A DNA stretch of 64,000 nucleotides from Octopus vulgaris (taxonomy: Eukaryota). How positions within the stretch are numbered: the first letter of the stretch is position 1; the number at the start of each line of letters is the position of its first letter. The translations under genes were made by a program, and so were the position numbers. The stretch is from assembly GCA_951406725.2 (NCBI GenBank), contig OX597822.1, positions 113,770,001 to 113,834,000 on the forward strand, read 5' to 3'. Positions 1 to 13,345 of this stretch are shown here, piece by piece. The notes under the pieces were generated by a model, which had not been told where the DNA came from, searched no databases, and saw nothing but the letters and a program-made list of their open reading frames with translations.

Positions 1-289
1 AACTTTATATAAACCCGGTTCTAAGTCGAACTTTATTAATATCAATAGTTTTTCTTTTTCTTTTTAGTCTTCTTTCACTCCCGCCTGATTAATACGATTC
101 TCTGTAATATGCTCTGACATATTTTCTGTTATTCCTTTTTTTTTTCTTTTACTGATTTCAGTCACATGACTGCGGCCATGCTGGAGCACTGCCCTTAAGA
201 TTTAGTCGATCGTGACGCATCCAGCAATTATTTTTTTAAAGTTTACTCATTTTATCTTGCTTTCTGCCCGACTATTATGTTAGGGAGCA

Positions 290-705
290 TCGTGGAGTGG
301 CTGTGTGGTAAGTAACTTGCTTACCAACCACATAGTTCCGAGTTCAGTCCCACTGCATAGCACCTTGGGCAAGTGTCTTCTACTATAGCCTCGGGACAAC
401 CAAAGGCTTGTGAGTGGATTTGGTAGACGGAAACTGAAGGAAGCCCGTCGTATATATGTGTATATATATGTGTGTATGTGTGCGTGTATATGTTTGTGTG
501 TCTGTGTTTGTCCCCCCAACATCGCTTGACAACCGACGCTGCTGTGTTTACGTCCCCGTAACATAGCGTTTCGGCAAAAGAGACCAATAGAATAAGTACT
601 AGGCTTACAAAGAATAAGTTTTGGGGTCGATTTGCTCGACTAAAGGCGGTGCTCCATCATGGCCACAGTCAAATGAATGAAACAAGTAAAAGAGTAAAAG
701 AGAGA
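290..705 (+). mobile_element. tRNA-derived SINE family A (about 400 bp, internal (TA/TG)n, AAAAGAGT-type tail)
   Basis: Pol III A/B-box-like head (GTGGCTGTGTGGTAAG...GTTCAGTCCC); near-identical copies recur more than 10 times in the window. Confidence 0.85.
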
Positions 706-917
706 ACAGAAATACGCACACGCACACATACATATATACGTCAGGCTTCAATACAATTTCCGTCTACCATACTTAACTTCGCTCATATGTCATAAAAGGG
801 ACTCTTTTATGGCTATAAAAGGAGAAGATAGTTCTCCATGGACTATAAAGGTTGGCAACTTCAGTCTACTGCATTATAAGACAGCTTTTGTGATTGCATT
901 TGCTAACCTGAATAATC

Positions 918-1000
<83 letters not shown>

Positions 1001-1069
1001 GATATTTCGGTGTCATTTTTTAAAATATCGTTAAGACTATCGTAAAGAATGTAATTTTCTAAAAGATAT

Positions 1070-1950
1070 CCATGATACCCGGTTCCTTTTTAGAATTTTT
1101 TCAATATTTGCGACTTTGTTTTACATATTGCCAGGACATTTGAAGGAAGATACCTTTTTCAAAGTCTTACCATGTACCATTATCTTAGAATCCACACGAG
1201 GCTTTCCAGAGCAGTGCTACAGTTTTACCAATATTTATTGAGGATAAAATATTACATTCCAATGAAGTGTTATCTCTGGGAGTTTAAAGATCATTTTCAC
1301 GATTATGTTACAACATCGAAGACAGCATCGAAGACACCATCATACAAAAGGCCTCTTACCACAAATATTAAATCACTTTAGTCTCTTATCCCAAATACAA
1401 AAGCATTTAGAATAAAACCGTTTGATATTGAATAATTAACTAGTTGTGCGACGGCGCATATAGGTATCCTGGGAGCAAACTCTTTAAAACGATTTTAAAA
1501 GCTGATTGAAAAGTGTATAGTAAACAAAGCAGGAACTGTATATCAGACTCTTTTTTCTTTCTGCTGATCTTAATTGAAACAGATTTTGGACATTTTCCAC
1601 CAATTACAACGCATGCTCTTATCACACATTTTATCACAGGCGTGATGTGTAAATTTATCAAAACAGCAAAATTTTCTATGAATTATTTGTAATGCGTCGT
1701 GATTCACTGAATCAAAGGCCTTAGGGAAGTCGATAAAGCAATGACAGGGGTTAAGTCTCGGCTCAAAACATTCCTTTTGTGGTTGACGAACTGAAAATAT
1801 GTCAATGAGTTCTCGTTCCGCGCAAAATGCTGTGTCTCGGATAAAGTGTCAATGCTTGTGTTGAAACATCGCCATTTCTTTACGAACATTTGCCAAATTT
1901 TGTAATCCATTATAATACATGACCAAAAAATATTTTTCCGGGGTTCCCTT
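1070..1950 (-). mobile_element. Highly degenerate LINE (RTE-like) reverse transcriptase remnant
   Basis: Minus strand reads CFIDFPKAFDSVNHDAL near 1740-1690, then an eroded LLY-D-like motif and GKTLKKVSSFKCPG; many stops and frameshifts. Confidence 0.6.
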
Positions 1951-2119
1951 GAGGTAAAATAGGGATGGTTCAAGACAAGAGACACAGAGGGACAAGAAAT
2001 TATATTAGAAAAGTAGGAGCTAGGTTAATGGGACGTGCAGAAATGTTGCCAGTTTGTCATGATCAAATTTGTGTTTCTTTCTGTCTTTCTTCAATCACTC
2101 AGTGTATCTCTCGCTCTCT

Positions 2120-2154
<35 letters not shown>

Positions 2155-2243
2155 AATCACTCTCTCTCTTATACACAGACACAAACACACACACACACTC
2201 ATAAATGTATGAGTGTATGTATATATGCGAGTGTTTATACATA

Positions 2244-3109
2244 TGTGGTGGCATCAAAAGGTTTCCGGACTAGTAATGTTTAATAAAAAAATTGCTTACT
2301 TACCTAAGTTTTATCATCGTCTCCTTCGAAATAGTCACCTTGCGCAGCAATACACCGGTCCCAGCGTTCCTGCCACTTTTGGAATCCGGCCTGGAAGTCG
2401 CTTTCCATAAGTGTATCGAGGCGTGTCGGAACCTTCTGCGCTTCGCTCTTGATCTCGACAACGGCATTAAAACGGCGGCCTTTGAGCTGCATTTCCATCT
2501 TGGGTGCGGAAGCGATACCATGTTGGTTTTGGCGAGTAACTTACGATCGAGGAGAGCTCGATAACAGGGTGCATTGTCGTCCAATCCAGTTCTTCGCACT
2601 CCACAGATCCCGTCGCTTTCGCCGAATGCCCCCTCCCCCTCAAACGTTTCGAAGCGTCGTTGATTATCTTTTGACGATTCTCATACACAAACTGGTGAAT
2701 TTTCTCCCACGTTTGTGGGGGTGACGCTCGTGAAAGGCCTTCCAGATCGCTCATCGAGATCCAGGGACATTCTTCCGCTTTTGAAGCGCCCTTGCCACTC
2801 GAAACGTTGCATACAGCTCGTTGCCTCCACGCTCTAAGTTTGCCGAAGCATGCTCAATGTCTCTGTAACAGAGACAATTTCACGTTGGCCCCTTGTTCCA
2901 ACTTCCCGTCCATAACAAAAATCGCAGACTACAGCAATACACATGATCACGAAAACACAAATTTGACAGCTTGCGAAGTAAACACAGCGATGTCACACGG
3001 CACACTGCTTCATGAAGGTCACTGCTAGCTCTCACTGCGCATGCAACCGTGCGCTACCATCTGTTGGCGCGCTACAAATTTAGTGGAGGGACTTTTTGAT
3101 ACTACCACG
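2244..3109 (-). mobile_element. Internally deleted mariner transposon
   Basis: Imperfect TIRs (TGTGGTGGCATCAAAAGG / CTTTTTGATACTACCACG) flanked by TA; transposase C-terminus LKGRRF...FQKWQERWDRCIAAQGDYFEGD. Confidence 0.88.
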
Positions 3110-3177
3110 TATATATACACTCACATAAATATATATACATTTATGTATGTGCACGCATAAACATAAATATATATACT

Positions 3178-3246
<69 letters not shown>

Positions 3247-3256
3247 CAGAAGACAA

Positions 3257-4060
3257 GTCCGCTGAGCTCAATATACGCATTGGCAAGGCAGCTGCTGCGA
3301 TGGCCCAACTCTCCAAACGGGCTTGGGACAACAATAAGCTGACCAAGACCACAAAAATGAAGATCTACCAGGCATGTGTACTCAGCACTCTACTGTATGG
3401 AAGCGAAACCTGGACGCTATACACACGCCAAGAGCGTTGCCTAAACATCTTTCACCTGCGCTGCCTCCGAAAAATCCTCCACATCAAATGGCAGAATCAT
3501 ATCCCCAACAAAGATGTCCTCAGGCAAGCAGGAATACCAAGCATGTTTGCACTCCTCACACAAAGACGTATGAGATGGCTTGGGCATGTTAGCCGTATGA
3601 AAGATGGCAGAATCCCCAAGGACATACTCTACGGAGAGCTTGCTAGGGGTACTAGGTCTGTGGGTAGACCGATCCTACATTACAAGGATGTTTGCAAAAG
3701 GGATATGAAGGCCTGCAACATCAACATTAGCGGTTGGGAGGCAGTCGCCGGCAACCGTGGAGAATGGCGACGTACAGTAAAAGAGGGTATACAGAGGAGT
3801 GACAGAAAGAGAGAGGAGAAATGGAAAGAAAGGAAGAGACATAAACAAGAGACCATGGCACTACAACCAGCCAGGAACAGTCTCCGCTACATTTGCAGTA
3901 CCTGCCAGAGGGAGTGTTTGTCCAGGATAGGACTACACAGCCACAGCAAGAAATGTAACAGGAAATAAAATATAACAGCCGGACTAGACCTAGAAAAAAA
4001 AAAAAATGCGCAACTCCATTGTCTCCCGAGACAGAAAGGATGCCAATACAATACAATACA
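3257..4060 (+). mobile_element. 5'-truncated RTE-clade LINE with open ORF end and 16-bp TSD
   Basis: ORF to 3968 (TKMKIYQACVLSTLLYGSETW, RWLGHV, C-terminal CxxC...HxxxC), (AATAC)n tail, TSD ATATAACAGAAGACAA at 3241-3256 and 4061-4076. Confidence 0.92.
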
Positions 4061-4260
4061 ATATAACAGAAGACAAAGTAAGGTTAACCTACCCTACAGG
4101 AATCAAACATAGTGTCTGTATAGCCCGTAGAACCGTGCTAATCCCTGCACCTAGGTGACATTGCAAGTTTTGACCGTCTAAATTAGAAGCCTTTATCTAA
4201 CAAGCTAAGATTACACTTGACAGTAGCCAAGCAACGAAGAATTCAGTCCACACGATATTA

Positions 4261-4316
<56 letters not shown>

Positions 4317-5217
4317 ATACATGTATACATATATACATATATACATACATACAAAGAGAGAAACAGACAAATAGAACAGTAACATTATTAAAATGTGGTT
4401 TCCAATAAAGAGATAGAAAATAATTTAGTGTTTTCTGTCTAAAATATTCAGTATTTTTTATATTCGGAGTTAATTTTTATATGTTAGAATATATTTGAAT
4501 GTTATAATGAGAAACAGTCTTTTTTTTTTCTTAGTGCGTAATACCAGAATATTGTATAGATGAAGGCCATTTTCTTTTCGTACAGACTTCCTATTAAGTG
4601 CATTTTATTATGCACAAAATAAATCAATTTAAATAAAGGTAAATTTAAGTTAAACTTAATGAATGTTTAGATATTTATAATATGCTTACATAAAAATTCA
4701 AAAGTGTTACTTTACCAAAGTATATTTTAATGTTAGTGAAAATATTTATAAAATGACTTTTTAATGAAAATGTATTTCGGAAACAATCTTGTAAAAGTTA
4801 AGCTTTAATTGGGTTCCTCTGTTAGTTTTATCATTTACTCTCTCAGATGTGAATATAGTAACCATACTCTACCTGCATATTTATATACAGAAATGTTGTA
4901 CGCACATATATTTCATAGATATACATATAGTTATATATTTATAAATGTTAATATATGTGATACGTACATATATTAAGATATGAGCACATATATATAAATA
5001 CATGTGTGAGTATGTATTTATATATAAATGTAAGAGAACAATTTTCGTCTCTGTGCGTATACATATATATGTGTATGTATGTATGTATGTATGTATGTAT
5101 GTATGTATGTATGTATGTATGTATGTATGCATGCATGTATGTATATATGTATGTATGTATGTATGTACGTATGTATGTATGTATGTATGTATGTATGTAT
5201 GTATGTATGTATGTATA

Positions 5218-5626
5218 CTCTTTTCTTTTACTTGTTTCAGTCATTTGACTGTGGCCATGCTGGAGCACCACCTTAAGTCGAGCAAATCGACCCCAGGACT
5301 TATTCCTTGTAAGCCTAGTACTTATTCTATCAGTCTCTTTTGCTGAACCGCTAAGTTACGGGGACGTAAACACACCAGCATCGGTTGTCAAGCGATGTTG
5401 GGGGGACAAACACACACACACACAAACTTATACACACACACATATATATATACACATATATACGACGGGCTTCTTTTTTAGTTTCCATCTACCAAATCCA
5501 CTCACAAGGCTTTGGTCGGCCCGAGGCTATAGTAGAAGACACTTGCCCAAGGTGTCACGCAGTGGGATTGAACCCGGAACCATGTGGTTGGTAAGCAAGC
5601 TACTTACCACACAGCCACTCCTGCGC
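5218..5626 (-). mobile_element. SINE family A
   Basis: Full-length reverse copy embedded in (TATG)n. Confidence 0.85.
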
Positions 5627-5627
5627 C

Positions 5628-5659
<32 letters not shown>

Positions 5660-6196
5660 TGTAGGTATGTATGTATGTACGTATGCATGCAGCTCTAGGT
5701 GCGTATATGATTCTAAGCTTACAAATTTATATAGCTGTTTGGGGCAATATAATGCTGCAAATTTGCTAATATTCACCAGGTTGATTAATACCTTTAGAAA
5801 AATGTTTATCTTCTCCAACTGACAATCATTAATGAGGAGCAGAAGACATGGGAAGTCCGCAGGTGTCGCAGCCACATAAACACCCCATCCTATTGTTATG
5901 ATAACGTTTGTATGTTTTGCCTCAATTCCTTCGCATTTCATTGTTTTGTTTTGTTTTTGTAAGAAATATCAAGAAAACTGACATATTTTTTTTATTCTTT
6001 CAAGGCCTTTATCCAAAGAAAGTCTCCTGCCTCACCCGACCGCTTTACTTATGGCGCAGTTGTTTTTCTATGTTTTACAAAAACGTGACATTGTCCCGTT
6101 TTAACCGTTTCCAGATTTCTCTGTCTTCCCGGCGAATCAAGAGGAAACTGATACAAGAGTTTGAACTTTTTCAGGAGCCAACTGCATCACAGTGTC

Positions 6197-6262
<66 letters not shown>

Positions 6263-6784
6263 GGGTGTTTGTGTGTGTGTGTGTGTTTGTGGGTGTTTGT
6301 GTGTATGTGTGTGTGCGTGTATGCGTGTGTATGTGCTTGTGGGTGTTTGTGTGTGTGGGTATGTATATATGTGTATGCGTATGTGTGTGTGTATGTATAT
6401 ATGTGTATGCGTATGTGTGTGTGTGTGTGTGTGTCTCTGTGTGTGTATGTGTGTGTGTGGCACCTTAGGAAAGTGTCTTCTACTATAGCCTCGGGCTGAC
6501 CAAAGCCTTGTAACTGAATTTGGTAGACGGAAACTGAAAGAATCCCGCCGTATATACATGTATGTATGTGTATCTGTGTCTGTGTCTTTGCGTCTGTGCT
6601 TGTACCCCACCTCACCACTACTTGACAACCGGTACTGGTGTGTTTACGTCCCCGTAACATTAGTGGATCAGCAAAGGAGATCGATAAAATGAGTACCAGG
6701 TTTTAAAAAATAAATGTTGGAGTCGATACATTTCACTGACCGCAGTCTAATGGCTAAACAAGTAAAAGATAAAAAAAAAAATAT

Positions 6785-6824
<40 letters not shown>

Positions 6825-6949
6825 GGGGGGGGGGAGAGCGCGTAGGCACGAAACGTAAAAGACTTTTTCTATTCCTGAGCGTTACACTAATACATCTGTT
6901 TGTTTTGTACACCACCTGTCTTCGTCTTTTGTTTTTTTCCGTAAACTCT

Positions 6950-6983
<34 letters not shown>

Positions 6984-7002
6984 CTGTTTATTTCCGCGTG
7001 TT

Positions 7003-7040
7003 CCTTTCTGTTGAAGAGCGTAGGCTCGAAACGCAAAAGA
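7003..7040 (+). ncRNA. Second copy of the variant minimal hammerhead-like motif
   Basis: CCTTT-CTGTTGA-A-GAGC-gtag-GCTC-GAAAC-GCA-AAAGA; cleavage triplet mutated. Confidence 0.45.
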
Positions 7041-7153
7041 CTTTCTCACCTTCCCGAACGTCAAACTAATACACCTGCTTGTTGTTTATACACCTGTCTT
7101 CGTCTTTTGTTTTTCTATTAATCTTCGTCTTTATATTTATCTATATATATTTC

Positions 7154-7189
<36 letters not shown>

Positions 7190-7720
7190 GCATAGATGGG
7201 TACAGGACGTCCCCAACGGTGCAAATAACATGCACACGAGAGATAGGTATAAGACGAGGACAATAATTACAGAACAAAAACGGGTAAAATACGTAAACAA
7301 CGAGAAAATGGGAAACCAGACAAGTAAACATAGAAAAAGGACCCTTTGTCAGTTGTCGGCTGTCTGTCTACTCCTCAGTTCGAGCATTCAATCAATAATA
7401 TGAGTCTTCAAAGGCAGTAGCTCCTATAAATTATAAAATAAAATTTGAGATTCATGGAGGGCCAAAGTTGGGAACAAAAATAACAGGGGAAACATACAAG
7501 GAAAACGAACGAGATATGAAGAGACAGGGAGGGTCGTTTGACAGGAACGAAAGGGGAATAGTGAACGCTGGGAGAGACTTTTTTTTTTTGAAAAGTGAAC
7601 ATATAGAAGAGAGAAAGAAGAAAATATCCAGTCGTTTAGACGTCCGAGCAGGAAAAGAAAGATGTGTGCAGGTATATATATGTACATATATTATATGTGT
7701 GTGTGTATAAATACACACAT

Positions 7721-7721
<1 letters not shown>

Positions 7722-7804
<83 letters not shown>

Positions 7805-7816
7805 GTAGGTAGGTAG

Positions 7817-7910
<94 letters not shown>
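7722..7910. repeat. (GATA)n microsatellite
   Basis: Direct reading. Confidence 0.95.
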
Positions 7911-8180
7911 ACAAAACAGTTTGATTCAAATTCGTTGGTACTCCGAGTTTCAAGCGTGAAGCTAATATTCAATCATTTCATATATATATATATATGGCCT
8001 GCTGGCTTAGCCAGCGGGGTGGCGTCATTTGAAGGCTAAAACAATGCGAAGCGTATTGTGACCAGCGATGTGTAGCAACATCTAATAGCCTGGTTGGTCA
8101 CGGGGATATATATATATATATATTGCTACTGCACGCATTTTTTTTCTCTCCTTCTTTCTGTGTTTTTCTCTCTCTGTGTA

Positions 8181-8218
8181 TCTTTCTGTTGAAGAGCGTA
8201 GGCTCGAAACGTTAAAGA
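8181..8218 (+). ncRNA. Minimal hammerhead-like motif with variant CUGUUGA core
   Basis: TCTTT-CTGTTGA-A-GAGC-gtag-GCTC-GAAAC-GTT-AAAGA. Confidence 0.55.
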
Positions 8219-9099
8219 CTTGTTTTATTTATATTTCCTGAGCGCCATACTAATACAATTGTTCGTTTGTTTTCCACCTGCCTTCGTCTTTTGTTTATTT
8301 TCATAAAGCTTCCCGTTATATATATATATATATATATATCACCGTGACCGACCATATATATGAGTGTAATCTCAAAGAGAGAAAACCAGGAGAAAAAGTT
8401 ACTTCCCAGTAACTTTCAACCAATTTCCTTTTATCCAAGTTAGTTTTCCCTCAATACGTTTCTAACGAGTGCCGTTTCAAGTATGTCTGTCCAGTGGTTT
8501 TAACAAGAACAACATACTTTGACACACTGGACGCATAGACAGTCAGCTAGGATAATATATTGTGTTTTCAGCATCATGAGTAACGTGGTTTCCTTCATAG
8601 CGAAGCTGGCCCTCTCTCGAAAGGCATATACGATCACAGGCCTTGCATCGCAAGAACTGTCGACAGACCTTTTTCTGGGAGTGGTACTATATCTAACAGC
8701 ACGTTTCTGTTGAGCATAGGTTATGCAGTTGACTTCAAACTCTTCAACATCATTGGTAATCAGACCTTTCCACCAGAGTATTTGGTGCAGGACATTCCCA
8801 GGTGTTGATGTCAATTCTGGTTTTCTTTAGTACATCTTTCATACAGCTTTCATATCTCTTCTTTGGCTTGTATTACAGGAGTTTCCTCTAATTCAGTTCA
8901 CCATACAGTATCTGTTTTGGCAATCGACTCCGCCAAGTGTATTATTTGACCAATATATCTTGGCTTTTTTTTTTTTTTTTTCAGTGTGATAGATTCTATA
9001 CCTAAAAAGTAAGTTTGTATTACCACTTCTGTATCTGATAAAATGTTTTCCAAGAGATTCTCATAATGCGTCGCAAGCACTACTGAAAGAATCGTTTTT

Positions 9100-9117
9100 A
9101 TTATTATTATTATTATG

Positions 9118-9166
<49 letters not shown>

Positions 9167-9566
9167 TATGTTTGACTTTTTGCTTTATATTTGTACAAGT
9201 TGGCTCCAAGTCTCACCCAGAGACCTCAAGAGACAACAGGTTTGAAGTTCATGTTGTTGTTATGCCTAGTGTGCCATATATTTGTGGTGGGGTGGTTGTA
9301 CTAATGAATGTCTAAAAAAAAAATTTTTTTTAACCGAAAATTATGTTTGTTTTAAACCTTGAGATTACATAGAAAGTATTTTGCGTAGGATATGAGCAGT
9401 TCCCATGAGCACTATCTTTTGAATTTCTGCCATTTTTGGGTTTCCTGGTATCTGAGTTAGGTAGCTATCAGCCCCTTTTGCTATCATTCCCAGGGCACCT
9501 ATGACAACAGGTATTGTTTTAGTCTTCAGGTTCCAAATTTTGCTGATTTCTATTTCAAGATCTTTA

Positions 9567-9568
<2 letters not shown>
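9100..9568 (-). mobile_element. 3' end of R4/Dong-like non-LTR retrotransposon (restriction-like endonuclease) with (TAA)n tail
   Basis: Minus strand KYKDLEIEISKIWNLKTKTIPVVIGALGMI...IQKIVLMGTAHILRKILSM stop, then 3' UTR and (TAA)n. Confidence 0.85.
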
Positions 9569-9627
<59 letters not shown>

Positions 9628-9824
9628 CATTATTATTTCAAATTTTTGCCATAAGGACAGCTTGGGGAAGATGGGGATTTGTCGATTACATTGACCCCAG
9701 TATTCAACTGGTACTTATTTTATCGACCCCAAAAGGATGAAAGGCAAAGTCCACCTTGACGGAATTTGAGCTCAGAACGTAGCGACAGGTGAAATACTGC
9801 TAAGCATTTCGTTCAGTGCGCTAG

Positions 9825-10352
9825 GCTCTCGTGGCTTCTGATCTTAACTGATTGGAAGTGTTATCATGTACATTGTTTTGTCTTGATATAAAAGATGGGC
9901 TACAGCAAATATTCTGCTCAGTACCACAGATTTGCTTGTCAGTTGCTTCACCTTAACCAGTTGAGCATGTCCCTCAGTGGCTGACGATATGTGCATCTCT
10001 GATCATGAGCAGAAGTAGTGGGGGAGCATCATAACCGTGTGTTGAGAGGAATTACTTGGGGTTTGAATAATTCACCTCAGGAAACATGGATGCTTCGTTC
10101 ATTAACTTTAAACAACACTTATTCAAACACCTTTTGAGCGGGATGGGCTACTCAACCTGAAGAAATTTCTAACTGGACCCCACCCGTAAGGTCATGCACT
10201 GTTTATCTTGATATGAGATCACCATGTCGTGCACATATGGTTGTAATGCATGTGCCTGGTGTACCCTTATCAGACGGGTAGTCATGATGAGTATACTGGG
10301 CTTCGTATATTTTACCCCAGCGTCACTTTGATAGCATGCGCTGTTCTCTCAT

Positions 10353-10414
<62 letters not shown>
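9825..10414 (+). mobile_element. Unclassified retroposon 3' region ending in (AAT)n
   Basis: Abrupt start against a SINE copy, non-coding, ends in a long (AAT)n tail. Confidence 0.45.
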
Positions 10415-10415
<1 letters not shown>

Positions 10416-10983
10416 GACAATACGAAGAATGCGATGCGATTGCAATAGATATTTTATTGGCTGAACGATATTTCGACAGCTAGCCTGTCTTTGTCGATTT
10501 CAAAATGAAAAGTGATACATAGAAATTCAAAATTATAGAAATTCAAATCCAAAATTTGAACGAGGCAACCAACGTTCTCACTTTCATGAGGGTTTCAAGA
10601 ATGGCTCCTCAACCCGTCAAGCCTGATCGGAAAATGATTTCGTCGATGACGACCCGATCATGCAAAAGGTTGTACAATACGACATGTTACCAGTAGCACT
10701 CGTGTGCGATCTAACATACATACAAACATACATAGATATACACACGTATACACACATGCACAGACACATGTAAATGTACACACATGCATACGCACACACG
10801 CATGCATGCACACACTTAGACATGTACATACATATGTACATACGGACGCACTACATAGATACAAGACTGCTCTATTGAGGCTGTCTAAATTACAATACAA
10901 TAACTTTATTTCTAAGCTAGAAAGCAACTCTTTCTACAATGGTGAAAAATTAGATAAATAAAGCGCGCGCACACACACACACA

Positions 10984-11056
10984 GAAGAAGAAGAAGAAGA
11001 AGAAGAAGAAGAAGAAGAAGAAGAAGAAGAAGAAGAAGAAGAAGAAGAAGAAGAAG

Positions 11057-11086
<30 letters not shown>
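10984..11086. repeat. (GAA)n microsatellite
   Basis: About 34 perfect units. Confidence 0.95.
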
Positions 11087-11087
<1 letters not shown>

Positions 11088-11339
11088 TGGCAATGAACCA
11101 TGAAGGTTATAATTTCTTTCAAATTTTTATACTGTTTCAAACCTATGATTCTTTAAATGGTATAAAAGTCCACCTTGGTAGCATTGTATGTACAGTCTTA
11201 AGAGACAACATCTCTGAAAGCTATATTCCATATCACACTTCTTACTTCTTCTGCTTTGAGAATTGTCATAAATTATTTTTCACTTTTACGTCAAGAATTA
11301 AACAATTCTAATTATGGAATGCATGCAAAGAGATGATCT

Positions 11340-11575
11340 ATCTATTTCTTTACTACCCACAAGGGGCCAAACACAGAGAGGACAAACAAGGACAGACAAA
11401 CGGATTAAGTCGATTATATCGACCCTAGTGCGTAACTGGTACTTGTTTAATCGACTCCGAAAGGATGAAAGACAAAGTCGACCTCAGCGGAATTTGAACT
11501 CAGAACGTAACGGCAGACGAAATACCGTTAAGCATTTTGCTCGGCGTGCTAACGTTTCTGCCAGCTCGCCGCCTT
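11340..11575 (-). mobile_element. tRNA-derived SINE family B (about 230 bp)
   Basis: Head GGCGGCGAGCTGGCAGAAACGTTAGC, B box GAGTTCAAATTCC, core GCCTTTCATCCTTTCGGGGTCGAT; other copies at about 9650-9820, 15605-15960, 19600-19810, 25452-25680, 26681-27070, 29060-29292, 31810-32047, 34672-34892. Confidence 0.85.
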
Positions 11576-11598
11576 TCAAAGAGATAATCTACCTAATA

Positions 11599-11814
11599 CG
11601 AGGTGGTGCTGAAAAGTTCCTGGCTTTGGATAAAAGAGAATACAGGAGGATCAGTTAATTATGATTTTATTCAACATATTCTCCTCCCAGCTTTACACAC
11701 TTATTGTAGCGGCTCCTCAGTTTTCTGAGCCCTGTAAAAGAATTCGGAAGGTTGGGCCTCCAGCCTGGCCTTTCGTGACACCTTTAAAGCTCGGAACTTT
11801 TCAGCACCCCATCA
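11599..11814. mobile_element. Mariner-type MITE
   Basis: TIRs GGTGCTGAAAAGTTCC..GCTTT / AAAGC..GGAACTTTTCAGCACC, flanked by TA. Confidence 0.75.
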
Positions 11815-11870
11815 TAATGTTATTACGCTATTGTACGACCACGTTGGTAAAGTTTTAACAAATATTAATA

Positions 11871-12165
11871 CACTGTTGTGTCTGGGGAGAGTCATTTTCT
11901 TTTTGTGCCTTATTATGTAACACACTCACCGGTGAAATTTCCACTTATTTCTTATTTTTATTTTCCTAAAATTTTCGTTGCATCTTGCAACCTTTTCAAT
12001 AGTTTTGTAACCCTTTCAATAGTCTTTTCAAGACTATTGAAAAGGTTGCAAGACGCAACGAAAATTTTAAGAAAGTAAAAATAAGAAATAAGTGGAAATT
12101 TTACTGGTGAGTGTGTTACATTATAAGGCACAAAAAGAAAATTACTCTCCCCAGACACAACAGAA
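11871..12165. mobile_element. Foldback MITE (near-perfect 290-bp palindrome)
   Basis: Arms of about 130 bp, CTGTTGTGTCTGGGGAGAG...CTCTCCCCAGACACAACAG, TA flanks. Confidence 0.8.
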
Positions 12166-12899
12166 TATGCTTCAACACGAACTCATATAAAGAATCTTGC
12201 AAACCAAATCCAGAAACGAAATCTTAATTCACTGTATTACATTCTTAATTTCGTCCTCGGAGGAAAGTTCATACAGTTAGACTTGAAACCATTGTTCCAG
12301 TGATTGAAGTATAGTAACTAACCGACTGCGCTCTGGATTAATTAAAAAAAGCAATAAAATATCAGTAATTTGGGAGTAGATATGGCTGTCTGGTTAAAAA
12401 GTTCGCTTCGTAACCAAATGATTCAGGGTTTGGTTTCACTGCGTGACACCGGGTAAAAGTGTGCTATAGGTTCGAATTGATTTATGTTTTAAGTGAAATT
12501 TTATTGATCGAAATAGAATGGAAACCCATGGTGCATATGTGTACGTGAGCATGTGAATGCTTGTTTAAATATGTGTTTACGTTCATGCCTCTCAAAACCA
12601 GTGATGTTGTTGATGTTCCGTGACATAGTGTTACGCCAAAAATGTATGGAATTAAATATATACCAAGTCTTAAAAATAATTACTGAGGTCGATTTACTAA
12701 ACCCTCGAAGACAATGTCCCAGCATGACTTCGATTCAATAACCAGCAAAAGGCTAAATGAACAAAAGTATATATATATATATATATCATACTTAATGTAT
12801 TTATCTATATTATTAAGATTGCAACATTTATCTTAAGATATTTACAAATACGCTTGACACGGCTGCGTCTGTAATTACACTCTGACTCCAGCCTAGTTT

Positions 12900-13311
12900 T
12901 TACATCCATACAAATACATGTATGCATACGTATGTGTATATACATGCATGCATACGTTTATACGTACATACATGCATACATACATGCATACATACATGCA
13001 TACATACATGCATACAGACATATAGACATACATACACGCATACATGCATCCATAAATACATGCATACCTACAAACATGCACGCATACTTTCGTGCATATG
13101 TACGTATGTATGTATGCATGCATGCATACATTCATGCATGCATACATACGTACATACATGCAGACAGACAGAAACACATACATACATACATACATACATA
13201 CATACACACGTATACATACACACACGCGCATACATATATACATACATACTTTACATACATGCATACATACATACAGACAGACAGACACACGTATACATAA
13301 ACGCACGCGCA

Positions 13312-13345
<34 letters not shown>

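Larger units (their letters stand above)
6835..8320 (+). mobile_element. Cluster of short Penelope-like/retrozyme-like repeat units separated by (TA)n
   Basis: Three related 120-190 bp units (6835-6953, 6981-7150, 8135-8318) share GAGCGTAGGCTCGAAACG..AAAGACT..TTCCTGAGCG..CTAATACA..CACCTG.CTTCGTCTTTTG; a partial reverse copy lies near 21950-22030. Confidence 0.6.

Noticed and set aside
280-587. Recurrent ORFs containing [17 protein letters not shown]
   Set aside because: Antisense translations of SINE family A, not a protein family.
5790-6190. Unique-looking sequence that could be a first exon of a minus-strand gene
   Set aside because: No frame gives a recognisable protein and no downstream exons were found.
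7340-7425. Possible further hammerhead on the minus strand (CTACTGCC-TTTGAAGA...CTC-GAAC-TGA-GGAGTAG)
   Set aside because: Both core segments are mutated, so it is too degenerate to call.
8480-9090. Possible degenerate non-LTR retrotransposon ORF on the minus strand
   Set aside because: Only vague resemblance to R4-like elements and no motif intact enough to support a call.
10415-10705. CpG-containing unique stretch, possibly exonic
   Set aside because: All frames are short with no motif and no convincing splice pair.
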